Shown here: in pieces, positions 47,079 through 57,049 of the stretch
How positions within the stretch are numbered: the stretch's first letter is position 1
Layout: each line of letters starts with the position of its first letter
NCBI GenBank assembly: GCA_036676985.1
Contig: JAKFBU010000038.1
Location: 32,001-96,000 of the forward strand
DNA length: 64,000 nucleotides
Source of the DNA: Candidatus Sericytochromatia bacterium
GTDB taxonomy: Bacteria > Cyanobacteriota > Sericytochromatia > S15B-MN24 > UBA4093
Direction: 5' to 3'
The notes under the pieces: model-generated
Database searches by the model: none
What the model was told of the DNA's origin: nothing
Seen by the model: the letters and a program-made list of their open reading frames with translations, nothing else
Position numbers and translations under genes: made by a program

Positions 47079-48656
47079 ATGAGCACCGGCCGCGTCGACC
47101 AGACCACCCGCTCCGCCCCCGTTCGTCGGGCGGCCGAGACGCGTCCCCTGGACGAGCCGTCCAAGCAGCCGCAGCGCACGGCCCAGACCGATCGCCTGAA
47201 CTTGCAAGGTCAGACGTCGGGGGCCGCCAGCCTCTCGGACGTGGTGGCCTCCGCCAAGGCCGAGAGCCGCAAGCAGATCGGCAACGCCGTCGTGGACGGA
47301 GCGCGTACCTTGCACACGCGCGGCTACGTGTACCCGCCCGATCTCGGTGCCAACTACTACCACAAGTACAACGACAGCGGTCGCAGCGTGGGCTGCTGCG
47401 CGGACTTCGTCGCCGACTCCTACAAGGAGATGAGCAAGACCCTCGGCAAGCCGGAGTATGACATCGGCGCGCGTATGCAGGCCCAGGGCTACAATCCCCA
47501 CTACTGTCCCTCGATGATCCAGTTCTTCCAGAAGCAGGAGACCCTCCTGCCGTCGCCCAAGGATGGCGGCAAGGCGCACGTGGGCGACGTGGTCTTCTTC
47601 GACTGGGACGGCAACGGCAAGGCCGACCCGGACCACGTGGCTGTCGTGACCAAGGTCGATGACAAGGGCAACCCCGTCGAGCTGATGGAGTCGCGCCACT
47701 TCAACTCGCCCACAGAGGTCACGACCATGACCCCGGGCGATCGCCGCTGGAACAGCATCGTCGCCATCGGCCGCCTCAAGGACGCCACGAGCGACGACGA
47801 GGCCGCCAACGCCCTGCCTCCGCTCGGAGCCTCCTCGGCGCCGGGGGATGCGACCTCGCGCGGCTCGGCCAACCACGCGGTGGGCGGCGGAGCGTCCGGC
47901 AACGGCGGTTCGGTGGCGCGCACCGAGCCCTCGGAGGTTCGGTCCAGCCAGGGCACGCCGACCAACTACCAGCCGTTCCGAAAGAACGAGTTCCTGCAGA
48001 ACCTGGCGGCCTCCTACGGCCTGGCGTTCGATATCATGAAGCAGCTCGCGGACGCCCTGGCCTCGGACGGCGACATGACCGTCGATCAGCTGGCGCAGCT
48101 CGCGCAGAAGAAGGGCGTTCCCCCTGAAAAGGCCAAGGAGCTCGCCAAGAAGCTCATGGAGAAGAAGGCCGAGCTCAAGAAGGTCAACGCCTCCAGCGCG
48201 GAGCTCGCGAAGCTCATGGGCAAGCTCACGCCCGAGAAGATCGAGAAGATCCTCGCCGATCGAGGGTCGCCGCTTGCCGGCAAGAACATGGGCGAGTTCA
48301 TCGTCCAGATGGAGGAGAAGTACGGGGTGCCGGCCGCGCAGTTCCTCGCGCAGGCGACCATGGAGTCGGGGCTCGGCAAGACGGGCTACACCCAGGGCGA
48401 CCACCACAACATCGGCAACCTCCGGCCCGGCTCGAGCTGGGAAGGCCCCACGGTGTCGGGCGGCAGCGGCACGTTCCGCAGCTACGGATCCTGGGAAGAG
48501 GGCATCGAGGACTACTTCAAGCTCCTCGGTGGGCCCCTGTACCAGGGCAAGTCGCTGCAGGACCAGATCTATACCTACGCGCCGCCGTCGGAGAACGATT
48601 CGAGCCATTACTACGATACGGTGGTGAGCCTTATCAACAACTGGACGAAAGAGTAG
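47079..48656 (+). CDS. CHAP-like amidase + GH73 glucosaminidase fusion
   Basis: CCADFV..GDVVFFDW..DHVAVV; FLAQATMESGLG..HNIGN..FRSYGSWEEGI..YAP. Confidence 0.8.
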   Translation: MSTGRVDQTTRSAPVRRAAETRPLDEPSKQPQRTAQTDRLNLQGQTSGAASLSDVVASAKAESRKQIGNAVVDGARTLHTRGYVYPPDLGANYYHKYNDSGRSVGCCADFVADSYKEMSKTLGKPEYDIGARMQAQGYNPHYCPSMIQFFQKQETLLPSPKDGGKAHVGDVVFFDWDGNGKADPDHVAVVTKVDDKGNPVELMESRHFNSPTEVTTMTPGDRRWNSIVAIGRLKDATSDDEAANALPPLGASSAPGDATSRGSANHAVGGGASGNGGSVARTEPSEVRSSQGTPTNYQPFRKNEFLQNLAASYGLAFDIMKQLADALASDGDMTVDQLAQLAQKKGVPPEKAKELAKKLMEKKAELKKVNASSAELAKLMGKLTPEKIEKILADRGSPLAGKNMGEFIVQMEEKYGVPAAQFLAQATMESGLGKTGYTQGDHHNIGNLRPGSSWEGPTVSGGSGTFRSYGSWEEGIEDYFKLLGGPLYQGKSLQDQIYTYAPPSENDSSHYYDTVVSLINNWTKE

Positions 48657-48670
48657 CCGTTACCCGGTTA

Positions 48671-48712
48671 CCCCCCCCCTTCCCCCCCTGCCTTCGGCAA
48701 GGGGGGCTTTTT
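48671..48712 (+). repeat. Third copy of the C/G-rich palindromic repeat found in actE
   Basis: CCCCCCCCCTTCCCCCCCTGCCTTCGGCAAGGGGGGCTTTTT. Confidence 0.7.
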
Positions 48713-48718
48713 ATGAAG

Positions 48719-48750
48719 AAGCGCCCCCGCTGAAACCAGCGGGGGCGCTT
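48719..48750 (-). terminator. Terminator hairpin after the ATP-grasp operon
   Basis: AAGCGCCCCCGCTG-AAAC-CAGCGGGGGCGCTT. Confidence 0.7.
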
Positions 48751-48763
48751 GCAGCTTGCAAGC

Positions 48764-49849
48764 TTACTTCTTGGACTTCGAAGCGGGCTTCTTGGCGGGA
48801 GCCGCGGCGGCGAGCTCCTTCTCGGCCTTGGGAGCCGCGGTCTTCTCGACCTTCTCGACCTTGGCCTTGGCCTCGGCGCCGACGGCGGGCACCGGGGTGT
48901 AGAGGCCGCGGTACATCTTCATGAACGGGTAGTGCTCGGCGAAGACGCGCTCTTCCTTGCAGACCTGGATCACGAAGTCCGACATGGCGTTGACCACCCA
49001 GTCGAAGTAGTGGGGCAGGATCGACCAGTAGTCCATGTCCGGAGCCGGGTTCATGAAGTCGATGGCGTAGGGGATGCCATCCTTGATCGCGAACTCGACC
49101 GAGTTCATGTCGTAGCCGAGGGCGTGGTTGATCACGCGGGCATCGCGGATGATGCGAGCCCCCATCTCGGGCGACAGGTGGTTGTGGTCCTCGACGTAGC
49201 AGCGGCGCTTCGGATCGTAGTGGATCGGCATGATGTTGTCCTTGCCGACGCACAGGCAGCGCACGTAGTGGTCGAAGTCGATGAACTCCTGCAGCACCAT
49301 GATGAGACGACCGGTCTGGTGGTAGTAGTGGAAGAACTCCTCGGCGTTGTTGACCTTGTAGACGTGCTTCCAGCCGCCACCATCGTAGGGCTTGAGGAAC
49401 GCGGGGAACTTGATGTAGTCGAAGATCTCGTTCCAGTCCGTGAGGCACAGGTTACGGTGCGACTCGGGACGGGTCGTGGGGTTCATCTGCACGGGGGGCA
49501 GGACGACGGTCTTGGGAACGGCGACGCCCAGCTTCTCGACCAGCGAGTTGTCGAAGAACTTGTCGTCCGCGATCCACCAGAACGGGTCGTTGATGACGTA
49601 GGTGCCCTGGAGGACGGCGTTCTTGAGGTAGGGCTTGTAGATTTCGATCTCGTGCGAGATGCGATCGACGAGCACGTCGTAGGGCACGGCCTCACCCATC
49701 TTGGGGGCATGCACCTTGGCGAACTCGGCGACGATCTTGCCCTCGCCCTTCTCGTTCACGGCCTTGATGAAAGCCTGGGGGAACGTGTCCTCCCAGCCCA
49801 CCAGGATACCGACCCGCTTGGGATCGTTCGGATTCTTCTTCGTGGTCAT
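48764..49849 (-). CDS. RimK-like ATP-grasp ligase
   Basis: VDRISH, VINDPF..DDKF, LKPYDGGGW, LQEFI, NSVEFA..IDFMNPAPD. Confidence 0.85.
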   Translation of the reverse strand: MTTKKNPNDPKRVGILVGWEDTFPQAFIKAVNEKGEGKIVAEFAKVHAPKMGEAVPYDVLVDRISHEIEIYKPYLKNAVLQGTYVINDPFWWIADDKFFDNSLVEKLGVAVPKTVVLPPVQMNPTTRPESHRNLCLTDWNEIFDYIKFPAFLKPYDGGGWKHVYKVNNAEEFFHYYHQTGRLIMVLQEFIDFDHYVRCLCVGKDNIMPIHYDPKRRCYVEDHNHLSPEMGARIIRDARVINHALGYDMNSVEFAIKDGIPYAIDFMNPAPDMDYWSILPHYFDWVVNAMSDFVIQVCKEERVFAEHYPFMKMYRGLYTPVPAVGAEAKAKVEKVEKTAAPKAEKELAAAAPAKKPASKSKK

Positions 49850-49876
49850 CTAAATCTTCCTCTCGGTAGAAGTGGG

Positions 49877-50599
49877 TTACAAGTAGACGTGCGCCATTTC
49901 GCGCCAAGTGGGCCAGTCATGCTTGTGATGGCCGTGTTCCCAGACAACGTAGTTGGGTTGGACGCCCTTGCGTCCGAGGGCCTGCGCCATCTCGTAGGTC
50001 GCATGCCCCAGTCCCGGGACCTCCCCGTGCTTGGTGGTCGTCAGGACGATGCGCTGGCGCCGGATGGCGTCCAGGTGCCGGCTCGGGCCCATGTGGTGCA
50101 TGAACGCGAGCGGGCTGTTGAAGTAGCAGTTGTCGTCCCAGTGGCCCCGGACGAAGTCGTCGATGCGGTAGTTGCCCGAGAAGGCGAGGATCCGCGTGAT
50201 GACGTCGGGGTGCCGCAGGCCGAAGTTCATGGCGTGGTAGGCGCCGAACGAGCAGCCGAACGTGGAGATGAAGCGGTTGGGGTTCTTCCAGTGGATGAAC
50301 GGCACCACCTCGTGGCGGACGTAGGAGTCGTACTGGTTGTGGTAGTACGACCGGAAGCCCGGATGGGCCCGGTAGTTGTACCAGGACTGCCGGTCGACGG
50401 AGTCGACGCAGATGAGCTGGACATGACCCCGGTTGATCTTGTCGGAGAGGGCGCCCACGATGCCGAAGTCGTAGGCCTCGTGCTGCCGACCGCCGGAGGT
50501 CGGGAAGATCAGGACGGGGGCGCCGGCATGGCCGTGGATTTGCAGGGACATCTCGCGTCCGAGACGGGGGCTGAACCAGCGGTGGTGCTCGTAATGCAT
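49877..50599 (-). CDS. Alpha/beta-hydrolase esterase
   Basis: FPTSGG, GCSFGAYHA nucleophile elbow, HDWPTW. Confidence 0.85.
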   Translation of the reverse strand: MHYEHHRWFSPRLGREMSLQIHGHAGAPVLIFPTSGGRQHEAYDFGIVGALSDKINRGHVQLICVDSVDRQSWYNYRAHPGFRSYYHNQYDSYVRHEVVPFIHWKNPNRFISTFGCSFGAYHAMNFGLRHPDVITRILAFSGNYRIDDFVRGHWDDNCYFNSPLAFMHHMGPSRHLDAIRRQRIVLTTTKHGEVPGLGHATYEMAQALGRKGVQPNYVVWEHGHHKHDWPTWREMAHVYL

Positions 50600-50617
50600 G
50601 GGGTCCGGGGGGCTCTC

Positions 50618-51664
50618 CTAGCAGTCAGGGTTGAGGTTGACGAAGCGGCCGTGCAGCATGATCGCCTGCCCGTCCGCCCAGATGGAGCACTCGCGAGCCA
50701 ACAGGTCGATGTGGGCCCGGCAGGTCCAGTTGGCGCCCGTCAGACAGCCGCACGGCTCTCCAAAGGCGATGTGGAAGCCCGGGATCTTCTCGTCCTGCAA
50801 GAGGTTGCCCGTGAACTCCTGGACGCCCAGGTTGGTGCCCACGGCGATCTCGCCGATACGGTTGGCGTTCTCGGTCGAATGGGTGTAGGCCCAGAACTCC
50901 TTGGCGATCTCGTCGTTGGGGCAGGTGACGCCCTTGAGGTAGTTGTTCTCGATCTCCACCGAGACCGGCGAGTCCTTGAGGTCGCCGTACTTCTGGCTGA
51001 AGTAGTCGCCGATGGGGCCGTCCGCCACCCAGATGCCGCTGATGCGCTTGGGGGTGGTGAAGATCTCGCCGCCGGGCAGGTTGCCCCACGCGTCGCGCGA
51101 GATCATGCCCGAGGTCTTGATCCACTTGAACTGCTTGGGGTCGTGCTCGATCTCGATGTCCGTGCCCGCGGGCGTCGTCACGTGGATGCGCCGGGCATTC
51201 TGGAGCACCCGGCGCAGGCCGAGGCTCATGCGGTTGATGGCGTCGAAGTCGGCGCGCATTCCCGTTTGCATGATCTCGCCCGTGATGCCCACCATGTGGC
51301 CGTAGCGGACCTTCTTGACGGTGGCGAGGTTGATGACCTGCGCCCGCGAGGGGACCTCGCCCGGCCGCGGGTTGACGGTGTAGAGGGTCGCCGCGGAGTC
51401 GGCGACGGCCTTGAGGATCTCGTAGGGCATGTCGAGGATGGGCCGCGGGCCGAAGTCCTCGACCACGAAGCCGTCCGCGATCCCGTCGGCCTTCTCGATC
51501 TCGTGCACCAGGGCCGCCCCGATCTGGATCGAGTCGAGGTCGGCGATGACGACGACCTTCTCGTTGGGGCGCACCCGGAGGCACTGGTGGACGGCGTTCC
51601 AGGCGCCCGGGAGGTACTCGGGCGGGAACGGGATGCTGCGTAGGTCGGTTCGTTGATTAAACAC
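50618..51664 (-). CDS. M29 (aminopeptidase T-like) metallopeptidase
   Basis: NLPGGEIFT, IGEIAVGTN, DEKIPGFHIAFG, HID. Confidence 0.85.
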   Translation of the reverse strand: MFNQRTDLRSIPFPPEYLPGAWNAVHQCLRVRPNEKVVVIADLDSIQIGAALVHEIEKADGIADGFVVEDFGPRPILDMPYEILKAVADSAATLYTVNPRPGEVPSRAQVINLATVKKVRYGHMVGITGEIMQTGMRADFDAINRMSLGLRRVLQNARRIHVTTPAGTDIEIEHDPKQFKWIKTSGMISRDAWGNLPGGEIFTTPKRISGIWVADGPIGDYFSQKYGDLKDSPVSVEIENNYLKGVTCPNDEIAKEFWAYTHSTENANRIGEIAVGTNLGVQEFTGNLLQDEKIPGFHIAFGEPCGCLTGANWTCRAHIDLLARECSIWADGQAIMLHGRFVNLNPDC

Positions 51665-52871
51665 CAGTGGGTCCTTGCAGGAGGTCGGCGGTCTGCGCCT
51701 TCACGCGCTTCTGGAGCGAGGTCGTGAGGGCGGTGCCCTGACCGATCAGCTCATCGGCCATGCTGAGGTCGATGCCCGTGAGCGTGCGATCGCAGATGTC
51801 GTCCACGACGGCCTTGAGGTCGCCGGTCTCCTTGAAGACCTCGAGCTGCCGATCGGCGTCGGTGCCCCGGTCGAGGAGGGTGTGGACGTGGCTGAGGGCC
51901 TCGCGGCTGCCCAGGGCGTCCACCACGTCGTCCACGAACTCGAGCAGCTCGATGATGAGGGCCTTGGTGTGCTTCTCTTCCTTGGCACCGAAGTCGATGA
52001 GCTTGCCGTCGAGGCCGTAGCGGTATGCGCGCCACTTGTTCTCGTCGATGAGCGCCGTCGGGTAGACGCGCCAGGACATGTTCTGCTGACGCAGGACGTA
52101 GAGTTTGGCGACGATGGCCTGGATGAGGGCCGCCAGCGCGATCGACGTCCGGTAGTCGGTGGGCAGGTCGCAGACGCGGAACTCGATGGTGTTGTAGACC
52201 GGGTGCGGACGCAGGTCCCACCAGATCTTCTTGCCGTTGTCGATGCAGTTGGTGCGGATCAGGGTCTGCACGTAGGAGTCGAACTCGGCGTAGGAGTTGA
52301 AGACGCCCGGGATGCCCGTGCGCGGGAAGTTCTTGAAGACGCTCGAGCGGTGGGACTTGAGGCCGGTGGGGCGACCCATCCAGAAGGGCGAGCTGCAGCT
52401 GATGGCCAGCAGGTGCGGCAGGAAGTACCGCGCCTGGTTGATGAGGTCGATGGCCAGATCCTGGTCCTCGATGCCCACGTGCACGTGCATGCCGAAGATC
52501 AGGTTGGCGCGGGCCACGTCCTGCAGGTCGTCGACCAGGACCTTGTAGCGGTCCTTGTCCGTGATGTCCTGATGGCGCCAGTCGCTGATGGGGTGGGTGC
52601 CGCTGGCCATGATGCGCAGGTTGTGCTTCTCGGCCAGGCGGGCGATCGCCGCGCGCAGCTGCATGACGTCGCGGGCCGCCTCGGTCACGTTCTTGCAGAT
52701 GTCCGTGCCCACCTCGACGATGGACTGGTGCATCTCCGGCTTGACCCGCTCGCCGAGGATCATGCCGCCCTCTTCGAGCATCACCGAGATGTGGCTGCGC
52801 AGCTCCCGGGTCTCGGGATCGATGATCTGGTACTCTTCCTCGATCCCGATGGTGAACTTGTTCTCAAGCAT
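51657..52871 (-). CDS. Carboxylate-amine ligase (GCS2/YbdK family)
   Basis: FTIGIEEEYQ, GTHP, FGMHVHVG, SSPFW, WWDLRP, TIEFRVCD. Confidence 0.9.
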   Translation of the reverse strand: MLENKFTIGIEEEYQIIDPETRELRSHISVMLEEGGMILGERVKPEMHQSIVEVGTDICKNVTEAARDVMQLRAAIARLAEKHNLRIMASGTHPISDWRHQDITDKDRYKVLVDDLQDVARANLIFGMHVHVGIEDQDLAIDLINQARYFLPHLLAISCSSPFWMGRPTGLKSHRSSVFKNFPRTGIPGVFNSYAEFDSYVQTLIRTNCIDNGKKIWWDLRPHPVYNTIEFRVCDLPTDYRTSIALAALIQAIVAKLYVLRQQNMSWRVYPTALIDENKWRAYRYGLDGKLIDFGAKEEKHTKALIIELLEFVDDVVDALGSREALSHVHTLLDRGTDADRQLEVFKETGDLKAVVDDICDRTLTGIDLSMADELIGQGTALTTSLQKRVKAQTADLLQGPTGV

Positions 52872-54266
52872 TTAGTTGCTCCTCGGTGAGACCCCTGTCG
52901 GGGTCGAGCTCGCGGCGCGGGGCTCGATGACGAAGGTGGGGACGATCCCGCCTCCGGACGTGACGTTACACAGCGCGGTCCCGGACAACCGGGTGAGGAA
53001 GCCCTCGACCTCGCCCTGCCAGATATAGGGGTCGAGATCGACGTTCATCGTGTCGAAGACCAGCCCGTCGCGGATGGTCGGGAAGTCCGCCGACGCCACG
53101 ACGACCTTTTCCTGGACGACGTAGAGGTTGGCGATCGCCTTCTCGATGGCCTCGTTCCAGGCGGCCTCGTCCGACTCCCAGCCGATGTAGATGCCGCGGC
53201 CGCCGTAGTCGTCGTTGGGTTTCATGACCAGCCGGTCGCGGTTCTGACGGATGAAGTCGATGAGCTCGATCTCCTCACCCTTGTAATCGGTCTTGCCGGG
53301 GCGCACCTTGCGCGTCCAGGGGATGTGGCGGGCGATCGTCTCCTGCTCCTCGGGCGTGAAGAGGTGCTGGTTCTGGCCGTCGGTCAAGAGGCCGAAGATC
53401 ATCTTCTTGTGCAGGAACTTGCTGCGGAACGAGTTGACGATGCAGACGGCCCCGGCACGGGCGGCCTCGACCAGGGCCTGGACCTCGTCCCAGCGGGCGA
53501 CGAACTCGTGGGTGAGGACGCGGCGGTAGACCAGATCGATGGCCTCGCCGTTGGAGTCCACCAGGCGGCCGCCCTCGAAGCGCAGCCGGCGGGGATCCTC
53601 GATGACGGTCGGGATGCCCTGGGACTCGAAGTAGGCCTTGCACAGCTCGAACTCGTGGCGGGTCGAGAGGCCGTCCCAGTCGACGATGGCGATGCGCGGG
53701 GTGCGCGCGGGAAGCCCCTTGCCCTTGGCCCACACGGCGTAGGTGTCGAGCAGCGTCTTGACGAGGCGATCACGGGTCTTGAAGGCCTGGAGCGAGTACT
53801 CGCCCTCGAAGGCGCGCATGACGTCGGTGTCGCGGAAGACCTCGGCCATCACCTCGGTGTAGGCGGGACCCGCCGGGCACTCGGCGTTGAGCTCGACGAA
53901 CTGCAGATGGTCGCCCGACAGGAACGAGTCGAAGCGGGCCATGGTCGAGAAGCCGGGGTAGCCGGGGTCGATGGCGGCGAGCTCCCGCTCGCGGTCGGTC
54001 AGGCCCAGGTCCTCGACGAAGCGGGGATCCGTGAAGAACTGGTCGGAGAGCTTGTCCAGCGCCTTCCAGATGGTCTCGCACGCGTGCTTGATGAGGGCGT
54101 GCTGCTGCGGGGACAGGAACTGCGCGCGCAGGTACTCGACGGAGACGCGGTCTCCGTACATCACCCGCGCCTGACGCAGGCGGTCCGTGAACCCTTCGAA
54201 GTCGGCAGGTGTCAGGTTGGCTTGGCCAACCAACGCGTGGAAACGGTCGATCGCGCTGTTGATCAC
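52872..54266 (-). CDS. Circularly permuted ATP-grasp ligase
   Basis: RFDSF..FVELNAECPAG, IDLVYRR, IPWTR, VMKPNDDYGGRG, VVQE, NVTSGGG. Confidence 0.85.
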   Translation of the reverse strand: MINSAIDRFHALVGQANLTPADFEGFTDRLRQARVMYGDRVSVEYLRAQFLSPQQHALIKHACETIWKALDKLSDQFFTDPRFVEDLGLTDRERELAAIDPGYPGFSTMARFDSFLSGDHLQFVELNAECPAGPAYTEVMAEVFRDTDVMRAFEGEYSLQAFKTRDRLVKTLLDTYAVWAKGKGLPARTPRIAIVDWDGLSTRHEFELCKAYFESQGIPTVIEDPRRLRFEGGRLVDSNGEAIDLVYRRVLTHEFVARWDEVQALVEAARAGAVCIVNSFRSKFLHKKMIFGLLTDGQNQHLFTPEEQETIARHIPWTRKVRPGKTDYKGEEIELIDFIRQNRDRLVMKPNDDYGGRGIYIGWESDEAAWNEAIEKAIANLYVVQEKVVVASADFPTIRDGLVFDTMNVDLDPYIWQGEVEGFLTRLSGTALCNVTSGGGIVPTFVIEPRAASSTPTGVSPRSN

Positions 54267-54341
54267 GATGGAGCAACTCTCCTCTTGAACGGCGGGTAAC
54301 GGCGGAGGCCAGGAGACGGACTTAATCCGTGCCGTTGCTGG

Positions 54342-55313
54342 CTAACCTGGCCCTCGGGTGGTCGTCTGCACTGACGATGTAGACCATTGTAACGCGGACG
54401 ACGGGATTTTTCTAGTTTTGTGAAGTTGCTCATTCTCGCGGAGAGCCGCCCGTCCGCCCAGGGCCAGGAGCGCCCGGTAGGCATTGACGCGCAGGACCCG
54501 TCCGCCCTGAATCCGATCACTCGTTTCCAGGAGGATGCGCTTCAGCTCCTTGGGCTTCAGGTCGGGCCGCACCGTCCGCATCAGGGCGATGACGCCCGCC
54601 ACGTGGGGAGAGGCGGCGCTGGTGCCGCCGAAGCGCCCGTGGAAGCCCGGGAAGGTGGTGGTGGCTCCGGCCGGGGCCGCCAACGAGACGTACTCCCAGC
54701 GCGGACTCCAGGAGTGGAGGCGGTCGCGGTGGTCGGTGGCGCCCACGGCGATGAGGCCCGCGAACTCGGGCAGCATCTCCCAGGAGGCCGGGTAGGTCTT
54801 GCGCTCGCGCGGGCCGCCGGCGCAGACCACGGGAATGCCGCGGCGCAGGGCCTCGTAGATGGCGTTGGCCATCTGGGCCATCGATTCATGGTTGAACTCG
54901 GGCTCTCCGACGTCGCAGCCGACGCTCAGGTTGAGCACGTCGGCGCCGAGGGCGATGGCCTGCCGGATGCCCTCGGCGATCTGGGGGGCCCGGACGTTGC
55001 CGGAGCGCGGCCGGTTGACCTTGATGGGGAGGATGCGCACCTCGGGGGCGACGCCCCGGAACCGGGCGCGCACGCCGCCGTGGCCCGCGATGATGCCCGC
55101 GACCGCCGTGCCGTGACCGTTGTCGTCGTGGGCGGGGCGGTGCGGCTCGCACAGGTTGACCCCGGGCAGGACCTTGCCCTGCAGGTCCGGGTGGCGCGGA
55201 TCGACGCCCGTGTCCAGCACGGCGACCACCACGGACGGATCGCCGGGCGTAATCCGCCAGGCGCGCGGCGCTTCAATCCGTTCGAGGGACCATTGCCAAG
55301 TCTGTCGGGTCAT
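54342..55313 (-). CDS. S8 serine protease, catalytic domain only
   Basis: VAVLDTG, HGTAVAG, GTSAASPHVAG; no signal peptide or propeptide. Confidence 0.8.
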   Translation of the reverse strand: MTRQTWQWSLERIEAPRAWRITPGDPSVVVAVLDTGVDPRHPDLQGKVLPGVNLCEPHRPAHDDNGHGTAVAGIIAGHGGVRARFRGVAPEVRILPIKVNRPRSGNVRAPQIAEGIRQAIALGADVLNLSVGCDVGEPEFNHESMAQMANAIYEALRRGIPVVCAGGPRERKTYPASWEMLPEFAGLIAVGATDHRDRLHSWSPRWEYVSLAAPAGATTTFPGFHGRFGGTSAASPHVAGVIALMRTVRPDLKPKELKRILLETSDRIQGGRVLRVNAYRALLALGGRAALRENEQLHKTRKIPSSALQWSTSSVQTTTRGPG

Positions 55314-55352
55314 CCTTCCAGTGTAGCAAGCTTCCGAGCAGGTGCCAAGCGG

Positions 55353-56924
55353 CTATTTCCGGGGCCTCGTCCCGTCCCAGCCGCGCTCCGGGGGGAGTTC
55401 GCCGATCGGCTGCAGGTCGGACTCGGCCCGGCGGGACCGAGCGGCCGGTCCCATGGCGCTCGGCAGGCTCGCGACCAGATCGCTCGCGATCAGGGCATGC
55501 CGCCCGTCGGCGGCGTGGAGCCCCGCGAGACCATGCCAGGCGACGCCCTGGCGCGCGGCCGCGACCGGGGCGAGTCCCTGGGCGAGCAGGCCGCCCAGGA
55601 CGCCTGCGAGCACGTCCCCCGAGCCCGCGGTCGCCATGGCGGGGGTGCCCAGCACGTTGACGCCGTAGGTCCCCCCGGGCTCGGCCACGAGCGTCCGGGC
55701 CCCTTTGAGGATCGCGATCGCCCCGGCTCGGTCGGCGATCGCCCGCGCATGCTCCAGTCGATCGGCCTGTACCTGCCGGCTCGTCGAGCCGAGCAGCCGT
55801 GCGGCCTCACCCGGATGCGGCGTGAGCAGGCGCGGCCCCGGGGCGCCGAGGGCCAGGAGTTCGGGCTGGAGGGCGTCGGCGTCGACCACCAGGGGACGAT
55901 CCCACGTGCGGTAGAGGCGCTCGGCCAGTCCCAGGGCCTCGGCGCCGCGCGAGAGGCCGGGGCCGAGGATGCCCGCTTGGCAGCGCTCCAGGAGGGCCGC
56001 CAGGGGCTCCCAGGCTCCCGCGGCGAGCCCGCCGTCCACCGCCATGGGCAGGCCGTACACGACGGCCTCCGGGACCTGCACGGCCACCGCGTCGCGGATG
56101 CCCTCCGGCACCGCCAGGTACACGAGGCCCGCCCCCACCCGGGCGGCCGCCCGGGCCGCGAGGGCCGGAGCCCCGCTCATGGCGGCCGATCCCCCCACGA
56201 TGAGCAGCGATCCCGCCGTGCCCTTGTGGGCGGCGAGCTCCCGCGGGGGCAAGGCCTGCGGTACGAGGACCTCCCCCGGCAACTGGTCGAGCAGGCAAGG
56301 CGCCAAGCCGATGTCCGCGAGCACGAGGCGCCCGACCATGGCGAGGGCCGGGTCCATGAGCAGGCCGGACTTGAGGACGCCCGCGGCCACCGTGTGGGTC
56401 GCCGTCACCACGGGGCCCATGGCCGCGCCGGTGGTGCCGTCGAGCCCGGAGGGCAGATCCACCGCCACGACCGCCCGGGCCCGGGCGGTCTCGATGGCCT
56501 GGATCGCTTGGGCCGCAAGGCCTGTGGGCTCGCGGTTGAGCCCGCAGCCGAAGAGGGCGTCCACGAGGACGGCGTTGTCCGGCAGGCACGTGCCGGCCGC
56601 GAAGGACTCGAGCCTGACGCCCCAGCGCCTGGCCCAGTCGAGCTGACGGGCGTGGGAGGCCGTGCCCTTGCCTTCTAGGCCATAGACGACGGGATCGTGG
56701 CCCCAGCCTTTCAGGAGGCGGGCCGCCGCGAGGCCGTCCGCCCCGTTGTTGCCCGTGCCCGCCACCACCGCGATCGCCGTGCCGGGGGCGCAGAGGGCGC
56801 GCACCTGGTGAGCGACGCCGAGCGCCGCGCGCTCCATCAGGACCAGCTCCGGCACGCCCCAGGTCTCGATCTGCTCCGCCTCGAGGCGACGGGTTTCGGC
56901 GACGGTGGCGACGGCGGTGCGCAT
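55353..56924 (-). CDS. nnr: Bifunctional NAD(P)HX epimerase/dehydratase
   Basis: LMERAA, GNNGADG, DALFG, DLPSG, HKG..G, DADAL, TPHPGE, GSGDVLAG. Confidence 0.9.
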   Translation of the reverse strand: MRTAVATVAETRRLEAEQIETWGVPELVLMERAALGVAHQVRALCAPGTAIAVVAGTGNNGADGLAAARLLKGWGHDPVVYGLEGKGTASHARQLDWARRWGVRLESFAAGTCLPDNAVLVDALFGCGLNREPTGLAAQAIQAIETARARAVVAVDLPSGLDGTTGAAMGPVVTATHTVAAGVLKSGLLMDPALAMVGRLVLADIGLAPCLLDQLPGEVLVPQALPPRELAAHKGTAGSLLIVGGSAAMSGAPALAARAAARVGAGLVYLAVPEGIRDAVAVQVPEAVVYGLPMAVDGGLAAGAWEPLAALLERCQAGILGPGLSRGAEALGLAERLYRTWDRPLVVDADALQPELLALGAPGPRLLTPHPGEAARLLGSTSRQVQADRLEHARAIADRAGAIAILKGARTLVAEPGGTYGVNVLGTPAMATAGSGDVLAGVLGGLLAQGLAPVAAARQGVAWHGLAGLHAADGRHALIASDLVASLPSAMGPAARSRRAESDLQPIGELPPERGWDGTRPRK

Positions 56925-57049
56925 GGGCCCTCCTGGCTACGTGCGAGCGTTGGTTTACATCATAGTACCGCGGATCTAGGATGCCCGTGACGTCCCGGTC
57001 ACGGGCGCCTGGGCGCCTGCTGCCCCGCGGATGGCCGAGAGGAGGGTCC

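Noticed and set aside
45705-48656. Prophage lysis or tail module
   Set aside because: No holin, structural, terminase or integrase genes; host-like codon usage
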